Assembly (NCBI GenBank): GCA_963737655.1
Contig: CAVTTN010000002.1
Span: forward strand, 6,240,001 to 6,304,000
From: an uncultured Planctomycetota bacterium
GTDB lineage: Bacteria; Planctomycetota; Planctomycetia; Isosphaerales; Isosphaeraceae
Direction of reading: 5' to 3'
DNA length: 64,000 nt
Shown here: positions 20,361-33,682 of the stretch, in pieces
How the letters are laid out: each line of letters begins with the position of its first letter
Position numbering within the stretch: the stretch's first letter is position 1
Notes under the pieces: model-generated
What the model was told of the DNA's origin: nothing
Database searches by the model: none
Seen by the model: only the letters and a program-made list of their open reading frames with translations
Translations under genes and position numbers: made by a program

Positions 20361-22259
20361 TCACCGAGAGGTCGCCAGCTTCGGTGGCTCGATCGGGATG
20401 CGGATGGCGAACCGGGTGCCCCGGCCGGGGGTCGATTCGCAGTCGATGGTGCCTCCGTGGGAACGGATGATTCCCAGGCTGATCGACAGGCCGAGCCCGG
20501 TCCCTCGGCCGACCGGCTTGGTGGTGAAGAACGGGTCGAAGATCTTCGATCGGATGGCCGGGTCGATGCCGTGGCCGTCGTCGCTCACGGTGATCTCGAT
20601 CCCGCCGTCGGCCGGGCGGGTGGCGACGGTCACCCGGCCTCCGGGCTCGCAGGCGTCGATGGCGTTGGCCACGAGGTTCAGGACCACCTGGTTGAGCTTC
20701 GCCGGGAAGCACGTGACCTCGGGCAACTCGGCGAGCTCCAGGTTCAGCGCCACCTGGCGAGACCGGGCGAGGCTGCCGAGGATGTTCGCCGTGGTGCGGA
20801 TGCCCTCGTTGACGTCCGCCTCGGAGAGGTCGCCGTCGTCCAGGCGGACGAAGTCTCTCAGGTCCTTGACGATCTGCTGGATCCGGCGCAGCCCCTCCCG
20901 GGAGCGATTCATGAGGCCGTCGAGGTTGTCCAGCACGTAAGCCAGGTCGAACTGCTCGGCCAGGTCGTGGATGCGATCCAGCAGCTCTTGCTGGTGGGTC
21001 TGGAGCGTCCCTTCGGCTTCCTGATAGAGCCGGATCACGTGATGGAGGTGGCCGACGTCTCTCTGGAGGACGGCGACGTTGTTGGAGACGAACGCCAAAG
21101 GGTTGTTGATCTCGTGGGCCACCCCGGCGACCATCTGGCCCAGGGCCGAGAGCTTCTCGGCCTGGACGAGGTGGCACTCGGCGAGCTGGAGGTCGGAATA
21201 GGCCCGCTGGAGGTCTTCGTGGGCCTTGCGGACCGAGGCGGCGCTCTCCTCGAGCTCGGCGGCGGCGGCCTGGAGCTCGCGGTTCCTCTGTTCCAGCTGG
21301 ATCTTGGCGGCGGAGAGCTCGCGGGTCCGGGCCTCGACGCGAAGCTCCAGCTCGTCGTTGGCCAGGCGGAGGGCCTCCTCGGCACGTTCGAGCCTCTGGC
21401 CGACTCGCCCGGCGATCCGGATGCACAGGACGGCGCCGACGAGCGAGGCCGAGACCGTCGCCAGGGCCGACCAGATCGCGGCGAGGCGATCGCCCGAGGC
21501 CACCGTGATGGCGTGGGTCGCCCACGAGGCCGAGCCCACGGCCACGATCACGAACGGCAGGAAGTTCCTCAGGAGGCGGGCCCGGACCGACGGCCCGCTC
21601 AACGGGGCGAGCACCACGCTCCTCGGCCCGGCCGCCGCGATCAACCCGCCGGACAGGAGGAGGAACCCCACGGCGGTCGTCAGCGCCATCGGGATCGTCC
21701 GGCCTCCGTACTGGAACGGGGCGTCATAGACATAACCGACGGCGAACACCCCGCCCAGGAGCGCCAGGACGAACGCCGTGACGGCGGCCGCGTGCGCCGC
21801 CATCGGCCTGGTCCTCGACGCCACGGCCAGGGCCAGCGAGCCCCCGGCCGCGAAGAACCCTCCCGCGGTCAACAGGGCCATCCGGCCCACCGGCGCCAGG
21901 CCGAGCCGCTCGCCGGGCACGGGCAGGACCAGCCGATCAATCCCCAGGTCCCGCCCGATCGCGAATTCGATCAGCCGGAGCCCGGCCACGAGGACCGCCG
22001 GCAGGGCGATCAACGCCAGGAGGCCCCGCCAGGGCTGACCGTCCCTGGGTTCGCCCACCCCGATCACCGCCAGGCCGAACAAGATCATGCCCAGGGCCGT
22101 GTTCGGGGCCATCGGCATATACTCGGGCCGGACCTGGGCCAGCGGCCTCAAGCCCGAGAACCACCCGATCAGGGCGGCCACGCCGAGGATCACCGAGCCC
22201 GCGCCGCTCGCCGACCGGACGCCCCCGAGCCGAGTCATCCGTCGGATCACCTTCACCAC
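20361..22259 (-). CDS. Membrane sensor histidine kinase
   Basis: About 7 TM helices, coiled coil, H-box GVAHEINNP, N-box LNLVANAIDA, DDGHGI, FDPFFTTK, GTGLGL. Confidence 0.95.
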   Translation of the reverse strand: MVKVIRRMTRLGGVRSASGAGSVILGVAALIGWFSGLRPLAQVRPEYMPMAPNTALGMILFGLAVIGVGEPRDGQPWRGLLALIALPAVLVAGLRLIEFAIGRDLGIDRLVLPVPGERLGLAPVGRMALLTAGGFFAAGGSLALAVASRTRPMAAHAAAVTAFVLALLGGVFAVGYVYDAPFQYGGRTIPMALTTAVGFLLLSGGLIAAAGPRSVVLAPLSGPSVRARLLRNFLPFVIVAVGSASWATHAITVASGDRLAAIWSALATVSASLVGAVLCIRIAGRVGQRLERAEEALRLANDELELRVEARTRELSAAKIQLEQRNRELQAAAAELEESAASVRKAHEDLQRAYSDLQLAECHLVQAEKLSALGQMVAGVAHEINNPLAFVSNNVAVLQRDVGHLHHVIRLYQEAEGTLQTHQQELLDRIHDLAEQFDLAYVLDNLDGLMNRSREGLRRIQQIVKDLRDFVRLDDGDLSEADVNEGIRTTANILGSLARSRQVALNLELAELPEVTCFPAKLNQVVLNLVANAIDACEPGGRVTVATRPADGGIEITVSDDGHGIDPAIRSKIFDPFFTTKPVGRGTGLGLSISLGIIRSHGGTIDCESTPGRGTRFAIRIPIEPPKLATSR

Positions 22260-22501
22260 CCTGACCTCCCGAAAAGCCCGACGGGTCGCGGCTCGGCGAT
22301 CCCGACCCCATCGTCGGCCCCATTCTCCCCCGAACCCCGGGCGTTTGCCAGGAGCTTCCCAAACGCTGGGACAAGCCCCCCACGATCGCCACGCGCAAGA
22401 AACCCGATCGCCCCGCCCGTTGATGGCGGGTCAACCTGGACCGTCGTATGATGACCCATTCCCTCCCTCCCATCCTCTCGCCCTCTGGGGAGTCCGACCT
22501 C

Positions 22502-23941
22502 ATGCCCGATCGCCGTCTCCTCCGGCTCTCGGCCCTGATGGCGGTGGCCGTCTCTTGCGTGGCGGGCCCGTCCCGGGCCGACGACCGCCCGAAGAACGTC
22601 TTGTTGATCCTCGCCGACGACCAGAACACCGACCTGGGCCCCTATGGACACCCTTCGGCCAGGACGCCGAACCTCGACCGCCTGGCCTCGCGAGGCGTCC
22701 GGTTCGGCCGCGCCTATTGCCAGTTCCCCCTCTGCAACCCCAGCCGCGCCTCGTTCCTGACCGGCCGGAGGCCCGACTCCACCGGCGTCCTCGAAAACAC
22801 CACCCACTTCCGCAAGAACCTGCCCGACGCCGTGACCCTCCCGCAGCTCTTCCGCAACCACGGCTACTTCGTGGCGAGGGTCGGCAAGCTCTACCACTAC
22901 GGAGTGCCCAACCAGATCGGCACCCCGGGCCTGGACGACCCCCCGTCGTGGCAAGAGACCGTCAACCCCCGGGGCCGGGACAGGGACGACGAGGACAAGA
23001 TCTTCACCATCAGCACCCGGAACCGCAACTTCGGCGGGACCCTCAGTTGGCTCGCCGCCGACGGCACCGACGCCGAGCAGACCGACGGAATCGGGGCCTC
23101 CGCCGCGATCAAGCTCCTCGAAGACCACAAGGACGGGCCGTTCTTCCTCGGGGTCGGCTTCTATCGCCCCCACACGCCGTATGTCGCGCCGAGGAAGTAC
23201 TTCGAAGACCACCCCCTGGAATTCGTGAAGCTCGCCGAAAATCCTCCCGACGACCGCAAGCACATCCCTCCCGGGGCGATCACCGTCCGCCCGCCGAACT
23301 ACGGGATCAGCACGGACCTCCAGAAGCAGGCGATCCAGGCGTACCGGGCCTCCACCACGTTCATGGATGCGCAGATCGGCCTCGTGCTCGACGCGATCGA
23401 ACGCCTCGGCCTGGCCGATTCGACGATCCTCGTCTTCTCCAGCGATCACGGCTATCACCTGGGCGAGCACGGGATGTGGCAAAAGATGTCCCTGTTCGAG
23501 GAATCGGCCCGAGTCCCCCTGATCATCGCGGTGCCGGGTTCCAAGGCCAAGGGCAAGACTAGCACAACACCCGTCGAGATGATCGACCTCTACCCCACCC
23601 TGGCGGACCTCTGCGGGCTGAGGGCGCCCGAGTCCCTCGAAGGCAAGAGCCTCCGCCCTCAGCTCGACGACCCCTCGACGCCCGGGAAGGGCTTCGCAAT
23701 CTCCCAGGTCCGCCGAGGCAACCGCCCCGACGCGATCTCCGGGTTCGCGATCCGGACCGACCGCTACCGATACGTCGAATGGTCCGGAGGGGGCCGCCAG
23801 CTCTACGACGAGCAGGAAGACCCCCACGAACACAACAACCTCGCCCGAGACCCGAAGCACGCCGAGACAATCCAGGAGCTCCACAGGAAGCTCCACGAGA
23901 CGCCCGGCCTGAAGATCTCCGACAGCACGCCCGGCCGCTGA
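22502..23941 (+). CDS. Sulfatase (iduronate-2-sulfatase/choline-sulfatase-like)
   Basis: NVLLILADD, CNPSRASFLTG (CxPxR), GKLYH, RPHTP, SDHGYHLGEH; signal peptide. Confidence 0.95.
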   Translation: MPDRRLLRLSALMAVAVSCVAGPSRADDRPKNVLLILADDQNTDLGPYGHPSARTPNLDRLASRGVRFGRAYCQFPLCNPSRASFLTGRRPDSTGVLENTTHFRKNLPDAVTLPQLFRNHGYFVARVGKLYHYGVPNQIGTPGLDDPPSWQETVNPRGRDRDDEDKIFTISTRNRNFGGTLSWLAADGTDAEQTDGIGASAAIKLLEDHKDGPFFLGVGFYRPHTPYVAPRKYFEDHPLEFVKLAENPPDDRKHIPPGAITVRPPNYGISTDLQKQAIQAYRASTTFMDAQIGLVLDAIERLGLADSTILVFSSDHGYHLGEHGMWQKMSLFEESARVPLIIAVPGSKAKGKTSTTPVEMIDLYPTLADLCGLRAPESLEGKSLRPQLDDPSTPGKGFAISQVRRGNRPDAISGFAIRTDRYRYVEWSGGGRQLYDEQEDPHEHNNLARDPKHAETIQELHRKLHETPGLKISDSTPGR

Positions 23942-23974
23942 ACGGAGTGGCACCTGTGGAAGCGTCCGTCGGTC

Positions 23975-24004
23975 TTGCGAAGCCCGGGCAATCCCGACTA
24001 TGAT
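23975..24004 (+). promoter_or_regulatory. Putative sigma-70 promoter for carB
   Basis: TTGCGA-N18-TATGAT about 100 nt upstream of the GTG start. Confidence 0.4.
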
Positions 24005-24106
24005 CGTGAAATTTTCCGGGCCGCGCCGCCCTTGGTCCTCCGGGTGAGCGCGGCCCGACGTGCGCCCGCTTCGCGCCTCCTGATGCCGTTGAGACGAGAC
24101 CCTGCC

Positions 24107-27334
<3,228 letters not shown>

Positions 27335-27382
27335 TGGGCCACTCGAACCGAGGTCCGGCGACGAGAGCCAGGATCCCATGTC

Positions 27383-27664
27383 GCCCCGACGATCCCGCTC
27401 CCCAGGAAGGTCCGCCAGGGGCGGGACGAACCCGCGGAGGCCCTCTCCGCCGTCGAGCGACTCGCCCTCCGCCTCCACCACGAACTCCCTGGGCGATTGA
27501 GAGACGGCGACCGTCCGGCGTTCCGGGTCGATCATCCGGCCGAGGGGAACCTCGGCGGCGAAATACTCCTGGCGCTTCCGGCCCATCTCCTCGGCCGTGT
27601 TGCCTTCGCTGAGGATCTCGACGGCGAGGTCGGCCGGCGTCCGGGCTTCGGGCGAGATGGTCAT
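27383..27664 (-). pseudogene. Degenerate C-terminal fragment of a Uma2-family endonuclease
   Basis: DLAVEILSEGNTAEEMGRKRQEYFAAEV..IDPERRTV..LDGGEGLRGF; N-terminal half is absent and no stop occurs at the expected end. Confidence 0.75.
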
Positions 27665-27746
27665 GCCGAGCCTCGATGGCGAGTCGCCCTCGTGATCCCG
27701 GCCGATCGTGGTAGACCGGCGGACGTCCCGAATGGAGGTCCCGCTC

Positions 27747-28297
27747 ATGGCCACGGTCGAAATCGAATCCCCGTTGACGTCCCTCCCGATTCGCTGTACG
27801 AGGTCGTCGACGGCCGCTTCGTGGAGAAGCCGCCGATAGGCGCCTATGGATTCGAGCTGGCGAACATCCTCGCGGACTTGATCCAGGACTTCGCCAGGGG
27901 TCGGGGCCTGGGCCGGGCCTTCGTGGAGATGCTGTTCGATGTTCGCCCGGCGGTGAACCGAAGCCGACGGCCCGACGTCGCCTTCGTCTCGGCGGCGACC
28001 TGGCCGGTGGACCGCCGGGCTCCGAAGACCGCCGCCTGGGCCGTGGTGCCCGACCTGGCCGTCGAGATCCTTGGCCCCACGAACTCGGCCTCCGCCGTCG
28101 CGGGCAAGGTCCGCGAATATTTTCAGGCGGGCGTGAAGCTCGTGTGGGTGGTCTATCCCGATCAGGATGAGGTCTACGTCCACGACTCGCCGAAGGCCGT
28201 CACCATCCTCGGCCGGGGCGATTCGCTGGACGGCGGGGCCGTGCTGCCCGGGTTCGTCCTGGGCGTCGATGACCTGTTCGGCCCGCCTTCGGCGTGA
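27747..28297 (+). CDS. Uma2-family endonuclease, 1-nt frameshift near 27770
   Basis: GGAGG RBS plus ATG 27747 (MATVEIESP) is out of frame by one base at a C run; YEVVDG, RRPDVAF, PDLAVEI, YFQAGVKLVWVV. Confidence 0.88.
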
Positions 28298-28401
28298 TCT
28301 CCTCCGATTTGGCACCGGGTTGGCTTGCGCCCCGTTTCCGCGCACAATGAGTTCGGGCGGGCCGGACCGCCCCGGGGGTCGTGCGGAGCGGAGGCGTTGG
28401 C

Positions 28402-29644
28402 GTGCTTCGAGATGTGATGGCGATCATCCTGGCCGGAGGCCGGGGAACTCGGTTGGAACCCCTGACCAGGGACCGGGCCAAGCCGGCCGTCCCGTTCGGC
28501 GGGATTTATCGGATCATCGACTTCGCCCTGTCCAACTGCATCAACAGCGACATCCGCAAGATCCTGGTGCTGACCCAGTACAAGGCCGTCAGCCTCGCCC
28601 GGCACATCGACCAGGGCTGGCGGTTCCTCACCCGAGAGGCTCGACGAGTACATCGAGGTCATCCCCCCGCAGCAGAGGATCGCCGAGCACTGGTATCAGG
28701 GCACGGCCGACGCAATCTATCAAAACGTCTACACGATCGAGAAAGCCAGGCCGCGCGACACGCTGATCCTGGCCGGGGACCACATCTACAAGATGGATTA
28801 CTCGGCGATGATCGCCACCCACCGGGCCAATCGCGCCGACCTGACGATCGCCTGCCTGCCGGTGAACCGCCCTCTCGCCCGCGAGTTCGGGGTGATGCAG
28901 GTCGATGATCAGGACCGCGTGATCGGCTTCGAGGAGAAGCCCCGCGACCCTCGCCCGATGCCGGGCCATCCGGATCTCGCCCTGGCGTCGATGGGTATTT
29001 ATGTGTTCTCCACCGACGTGATGTACGAGCTGCTCTTCCAGGACGCCGCGAAGAAGGACCAGAGCAAGCACGACTTCGGCAAGGACATCATCCCGGCCAT
29101 GCTCTCGCAGTCGCGGGTGTTCGCCTACCCGTTCCGGGACGAGAACCGCAAGCAGGCCGCGTACTGGCGGGACGTGGGGACGCTCGACGCCTATTATCAG
29201 GCGAGCATGGACCTGATCCAGGTCGATCCGATCCTCAACCTGTACGACCGGCACTGGCCGATCCACACCTATCAGCCCCCCATGCCCCCGCCGAAATTCG
29301 TCCACACCGACCCCGACCGCCGGGGCGCCGCGTACAACTCGATCGTCTGCCAGGGGGCGATCGTCTCGGGGGGCCAGGTCTTCCGGTCGATCCTCTCGCC
29401 CGGGGTGAGGATCAACAGCTTCGCCCTGGTCGAGGACTCGATCCTCTTCGACGGCGTGGAGGTCGGCCGCCACGCGAGGATTCGCCGGGCGATCCTCGAC
29501 AAGGAGGTGAAGGTGCCGGCCGGATTCGAGATCGGCTGGGACCGTCGCGCCGACCTCGCCCGAGGGCTGACCGTCACCGACGACGGCCTGACCATCGTGG
29601 CCAAGAGCGAGGACCTCGAACGGTTCGCCCCCCACGGGGGATAG
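28402..29644 (+). CDS. glgC: Glucose-1-phosphate adenylyltransferase, 1-nt frameshift near 28638
   Basis: [68 protein letters not shown]. Confidence 0.96.
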
Positions 29645-29658
29645 GCCTCGGGGGAGGA

Positions 29659-30276
29659 TCAAGGCAACAGGTCATCGACGGCCACCCGGCCGACCTCGAC
29701 TCCGTCCAGGACCAGCGGGACGAGGTCGCCGGGGGCGAATTCGGCCCGCGATCGGTGCGACGGCTCGGCCCCGGGGCCGGTCGGGTCGGCGAAGGCCTCG
29801 ACCCGGCGAGCCACGAGGTTCACGATCCAGTAAAATGGGATGTTGGCGCGGGCGTAGATCCGGCCCTTGAGCTTGCGGTCGGAAGACAGGCTGGAATCGG
29901 AGATCTCGACGGCCACGGCGGTGTTGGCCGGCCCGGGGTGCCTCTGGAGGTAGTCTCGCCGGTTCCCCCGGACGATCGCGAGGTCCGGCTCGGGGACGCT
30001 GTCGGCCGTCTCCACCGAGCCCTGATTGCGGATGTGATATCCCGCCCGAGTCGCCAGTGGCGAAAGGAAGTCATAGGCGAGGTCGTTGGCGATCGCATGC
30101 GGAGGGTTCTTCGTCATCTTCGGGGCGATCCATCCTTCCAGGAGCTCGAAGCGATCGTCGGAATCGAAGAAGCCGTCGCGGACGAGCCGCAGGTATTCCT
30201 CGACCGTGAACCGCTTGACCGGCATCGGCGGGATGACGAAGTGATCGAGGGCGGGCAGATCGGTGACGGTGGCCAT
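29659..30276 (-). CDS. Uma2-family endonuclease
   Basis: RFTVEEYLRL, ELLEGWI, PEPDLAIV, VEISDSSL, YARANIPFYWIVNL. Confidence 0.92.
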   Translation of the reverse strand: MATVTDLPALDHFVIPPMPVKRFTVEEYLRLVRDGFFDSDDRFELLEGWIAPKMTKNPPHAIANDLAYDFLSPLATRAGYHIRNQGSVETADSVPEPDLAIVRGNRRDYLQRHPGPANTAVAVEISDSSLSSDRKLKGRIYARANIPFYWIVNLVARRVEAFADPTGPGAEPSHRSRAEFAPGDLVPLVLDGVEVGRVAVDDLLP

Positions 30277-30322
30277 CGGGACGGCCCTCCCAGGAGCTGG
30301 AGCCGAGGGGCGAGGTCTTCCA

Positions 30323-31438
30323 CTATATCCGAAGGCCCTTGGCCCTCGCGATCGATTCATAGAGATCGGCGAACCGCCCGACCATCGCCTCGGCGCGGAA
30401 GGCGCCCTCGGCCCGGAGCCTCCCGGCCTCGCCCAGCCTCCTGGCGAGCCCGGCGTCTTCCAGGACCGTTCGGATCGCCCGGGCCAGGGCGGTGGGCGCC
30501 TTCATCGGGACGAGCAGGCCGGTCTCGCCGTCTTGCACGACCTCGGTCGTCCCCGGGGCCGCCGTGGCGACGACCGGCTTGCGGAACCTCATCGCCTCCA
30601 GGACCACATTCGGCAGACCCTCGTACAGGCTGGGCAAGACCAGAACGTCGCTGGCGGCGAGGAGCCTCGGGACGTCTTCCCGGTGGCCGAGGAACCGGAC
30701 CATCGGGCCGAGCCGGAAGGCCCGGACGAGGTCTTCCAGCTTCGCCCGGAGGGGGCCGTCGCCGACGATCAGGGCCCGGAAATCGGGCCTCACGTGCTGG
30801 AGGACGTCCAGGGCGGCGATCAGGTCATCCACGGCCTTCTGCGGGGCGAGCCGGCCGACGAAGAGGATCAGGGGGGCGTCGGGTTCCAGGCCGAGCGACC
30901 CTCTCACCGCCTTCGGGTCCACCTCGGGCGGCTCCTCGTCGCCGATCCCGGAGGGGATCACCGCCAGGCGGTCGGCGGGCACGCCGTTCTTCCGATAGAA
31001 CGCCGCCACGGCCTCCGAGTTCCCCACCACGCGGTCGGTCCAGCGCGCGAGGAACCGATCGACGGCCAGTTGCGACCCGCCCTTCCACAGATCGACGGCC
31101 ATCTCGGCCACGACCACGACCGGCACCCCCGCCCTCTTCGCCGCGATCCGCCCGTAGGTGTTCGCGGCGAAGATCCAGGTTTGCACCACGTCGAAATGCG
31201 TCTCCTTCATGAACCGCGAGAGGCGAAGCAGCGCGAACGGGTCGGCCTTGAGCCTCTTGCCGATCAGGGTGATCGGAATCCCCGCCTCGCGAAGCTCCGA
31301 TTCCAGGGGGCCCAGCCTCGTGAGCGCGGCGACCTCCACCCGGAAGCGGTCGCGAGGCAACCCCTTCGCCAGGAGGACCATCTGTTTCTCGGCGCCCGAG
31401 CGGTCGAGCGTGGGGATCAATTGCAGGACGTTCAGCAC
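30323..31438 (-). CDS. Glycosyltransferase family 4
   Basis: TLDRSGAEKQ, VGRLAPQK, EGLPNVVLEAM. Confidence 0.93.
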   Translation of the reverse strand: MLNVLQLIPTLDRSGAEKQMVLLAKGLPRDRFRVEVAALTRLGPLESELREAGIPITLIGKRLKADPFALLRLSRFMKETHFDVVQTWIFAANTYGRIAAKRAGVPVVVVAEMAVDLWKGGSQLAVDRFLARWTDRVVGNSEAVAAFYRKNGVPADRLAVIPSGIGDEEPPEVDPKAVRGSLGLEPDAPLILFVGRLAPQKAVDDLIAALDVLQHVRPDFRALIVGDGPLRAKLEDLVRAFRLGPMVRFLGHREDVPRLLAASDVLVLPSLYEGLPNVVLEAMRFRKPVVATAAPGTTEVVQDGETGLLVPMKAPTALARAIRTVLEDAGLARRLGEAGRLRAEGAFRAEAMVGRFADLYESIARAKGLRI

Positions 31439-31569
31439 AGAACCGATCTCATGGGGATCGCGGGAGAACCCGGACATGGCTACGATGAGGGAGGACCCAA
31501 TCGAGTCGGGACGGGTCGGCATCCCCACTCAACCCAACCTCCGAGATCGCGACGAGAGAAGGGGCGAAG

Positions 31570-31932
31570 GTGCCCGAGACGGCGGTACGATTATATCGGG
31601 AGGAGGATGGGAGCGTTCCCTTCCTGGACTGGCTCTCGACGATCCCGCCCAAAGCGCAGAACAAATGTCTCGCCTTCCTCGAACGTTTGCAGACCTTCGG
31701 CCACGAGCTCCGGCGACCGGCGGCGGACTTCCTCCGAGATGGCGTGTACGAACTTCGAGTGACTCTCGACCGGAATTATCGTGTCCTTTACTTTTTCCAC
31801 GAGCAGACGGCCGTGATTTCGCACGGGGTCGTCAAGGAACGTCGAGTCCCCCCGGCCGAGATCGATCGCGCCCTGGTCCGAAAGGCGAATTACGCACTGT
31901 TCCCGGATCGTCATACGGCGACGGAGGCCTGA
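31570..31932 (+). CDS. Type II TA toxin, RelE/ParE (HigB/Gp49-like) family
   Basis: YREEDGSVPFLDWL, LRDGVYELRV, YRVLYFF, SHGVVK; toxin lies upstream of an HTH gene. Confidence 0.88.
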   Translation: MPETAVRLYREEDGSVPFLDWLSTIPPKAQNKCLAFLERLQTFGHELRRPAADFLRDGVYELRVTLDRNYRVLYFFHEQTAVISHGVVKERRVPPAEIDRALVRKANYALFPDRHTATEA

Positions 31933-31934
31933 AG

Positions 31935-32477
31935 ATGAAGCCCGATCGAAGTCCGACGACCGATGCCGTCGAAATCCTGAGACGCCGAATCGACCCGACG
32001 GGGGAACGCTCGGCGGCGATCCAGGAGGAGCGAGCCAATCTGGCGGCGGCGTGCCTGATCCACGACCTTCGCGAGTCCGGGGGACTGACCCAGGGCCAGC
32101 TTGCCAGGCGAGCGGCGATGACCCCGGACGAGGTGCGTCGCCTGGAAGAAGGCGTTTACGAAGGCCATCTCCTCGGGGCCGTCTGGAGAATCGCCTCGGC
32201 CCTGGGGACCGTACCCGTCCTGGAAGCCTGCCCGGAACGACCCGCCGAGCTCGTGAGCTTCTTCGCCGAGGAGGTGTTTCCCTCACTCCGAATCCCCTCC
32301 AGTCCCGCCGTCCGACAGGCCATGATCGACGAGGCCATCCGCGATCCGGCCTACCGAACGCAGTGGGAACGTTGGGTCGAGGGCCGGAATAAGGCCCGGG
32401 CCGCTCGTGCGGCCAGAAAGGCTGCCGCCTTCGCCCGAGAGGCCGGACGTCCCTCCTCAAGGCGGCAAATCGGCTAG
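31935..32477 (+). CDS. XRE-HTH antitoxin (HigA-like) with C-terminal extension
   Basis: IHDLRESGGLTQGQLARRAAMTPDEVRRLEEG..RIASALG; starts 2 nt after the toxin stop. Confidence 0.82.
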   Translation: MKPDRSPTTDAVEILRRRIDPTGERSAAIQEERANLAAACLIHDLRESGGLTQGQLARRAAMTPDEVRRLEEGVYEGHLLGAVWRIASALGTVPVLEACPERPAELVSFFAEEVFPSLRIPSSPAVRQAMIDEAIRDPAYRTQWERWVEGRNKARAARAARKAAAFAREAGRPSSRRQIG

Positions 32478-33661
32478 TGGTTGCCCGCTGTAGAGATTGA
32501 CGGTCATTCCGGTAAGATGGCCTCATAGGAGGCCGATCATGCCGAAGCGACATGCGGTTCAGTTGACAGATGACCAGAGGATGGAGCTCGATCGGTGGGA
32601 GGCCGGTCCCCTGACCCGTCGTCAGCGGAATCGGGCGCAGATCCTCCTCCGGACCGATGCCGGCGAGACCGACGAGGAGATCGTCGAGGGGGTCGGTGTC
32701 TCCCTCGGGACCGTCGCCAACGTCCGGCGTCGGTTCGCCGCCGGCGGGCTCGGCGCCGCGATCCACGAGAGGCCACGCCCCGGGGCCAAGCCCCTCCTCG
32801 ACGGCAAGGCCGAGGCGATCGTCATCGCCATGGCATGCAACCCGGTGCCTGAGGGGCGGGCCACCTGGACCGCACGCATGCTGGCCAACCGCCTGGTCGA
32901 GCTCCAGGTTGTCGAATCGGTCTCCGAGGACACGATCCTGCGGGTCCTAAAAAAAGCGAGCTCAAGCCGTGGCAGAAGAAGTCGTGGTGCCTGCCGAAGG
33001 GCGTAGATGGGGAGTTCATCCATCGCATGGAGGACGTGCTCGAGCTGTATGCCGAGGCCCACGACTCGGCCCGGCCGGTGGTCTGCTTCGACGAGGCGAG
33101 CAAGGAGCTGCGGGGCGATGTCGCCGAGCCGATCCCGCCTCGGCCGGGCTCGCCAGCCAAGCAGGATTACGAATACACCCGCCATGGCACGGCCAACCTG
33201 TTCGTGATCGTCGAGCCCCTGGCTGGCCGGCGTCATGTCACGGTGACGGACCGCCGGGCGATCCCCGACTTCGCCGCCCAGATGCGCCACCTCTGCGACG
33301 AGTTGTATCCGGAGGCGGACGTGATCCGGGTAGTGCTGGACAACTTGAACACTCATGCGCTCGGGTCGCTCTTCGCCACCTATCCGCCGGATGAGGCGTG
33401 GCGGCTGGCCCGTCGCCTGGAGTTCCACTTCACGCCCAAGCACGCCAGCTGGCTGAACATGGCGGAGTGCGAGCTGTCGGTGCTCTCCCGGCAGTGCCTC
33501 GACCGCCGCCTGCCCGACAAGGAGTCCGTGACGAGGGAGGTCGATACGTGGCAGACGGAGCGGAATCGGCTCGGGGTAAGGCTGGAGTGGAGCTTCCGTG
33601 TGGCCGACGCCCGTCGGAAACTCGCCCATCTCTACCCACAACCTTTACAGCGGTAGACCAC
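32477..33661 (+). mobile_element. Complete IS630-family insertion sequence (about 1185 bp) with TA target duplication
   Basis: Left end (CTA)GTGGTTGCCCGCTGTAGAG versus right-end reverse complement (CTA)GTGGTCTACCGCTGTAAAG; TA at 32475-76 and 33662-63. Confidence 0.92.
32539..33656 (+). CDS. IS630 transposase, two ORFs joined by a probable programmed -1 frameshift at A7 (32949-32955)
   Basis: HTH OrfA ends ..LRVLKK; the -1 frame continues SELKPWQKKSWC; DDE motifs VCFDE, VLDNLNTH, SWLNMAECE. Confidence 0.92.
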
Positions 33662-33682
33662 TAGAGGTCGAACGGTCCAAAT

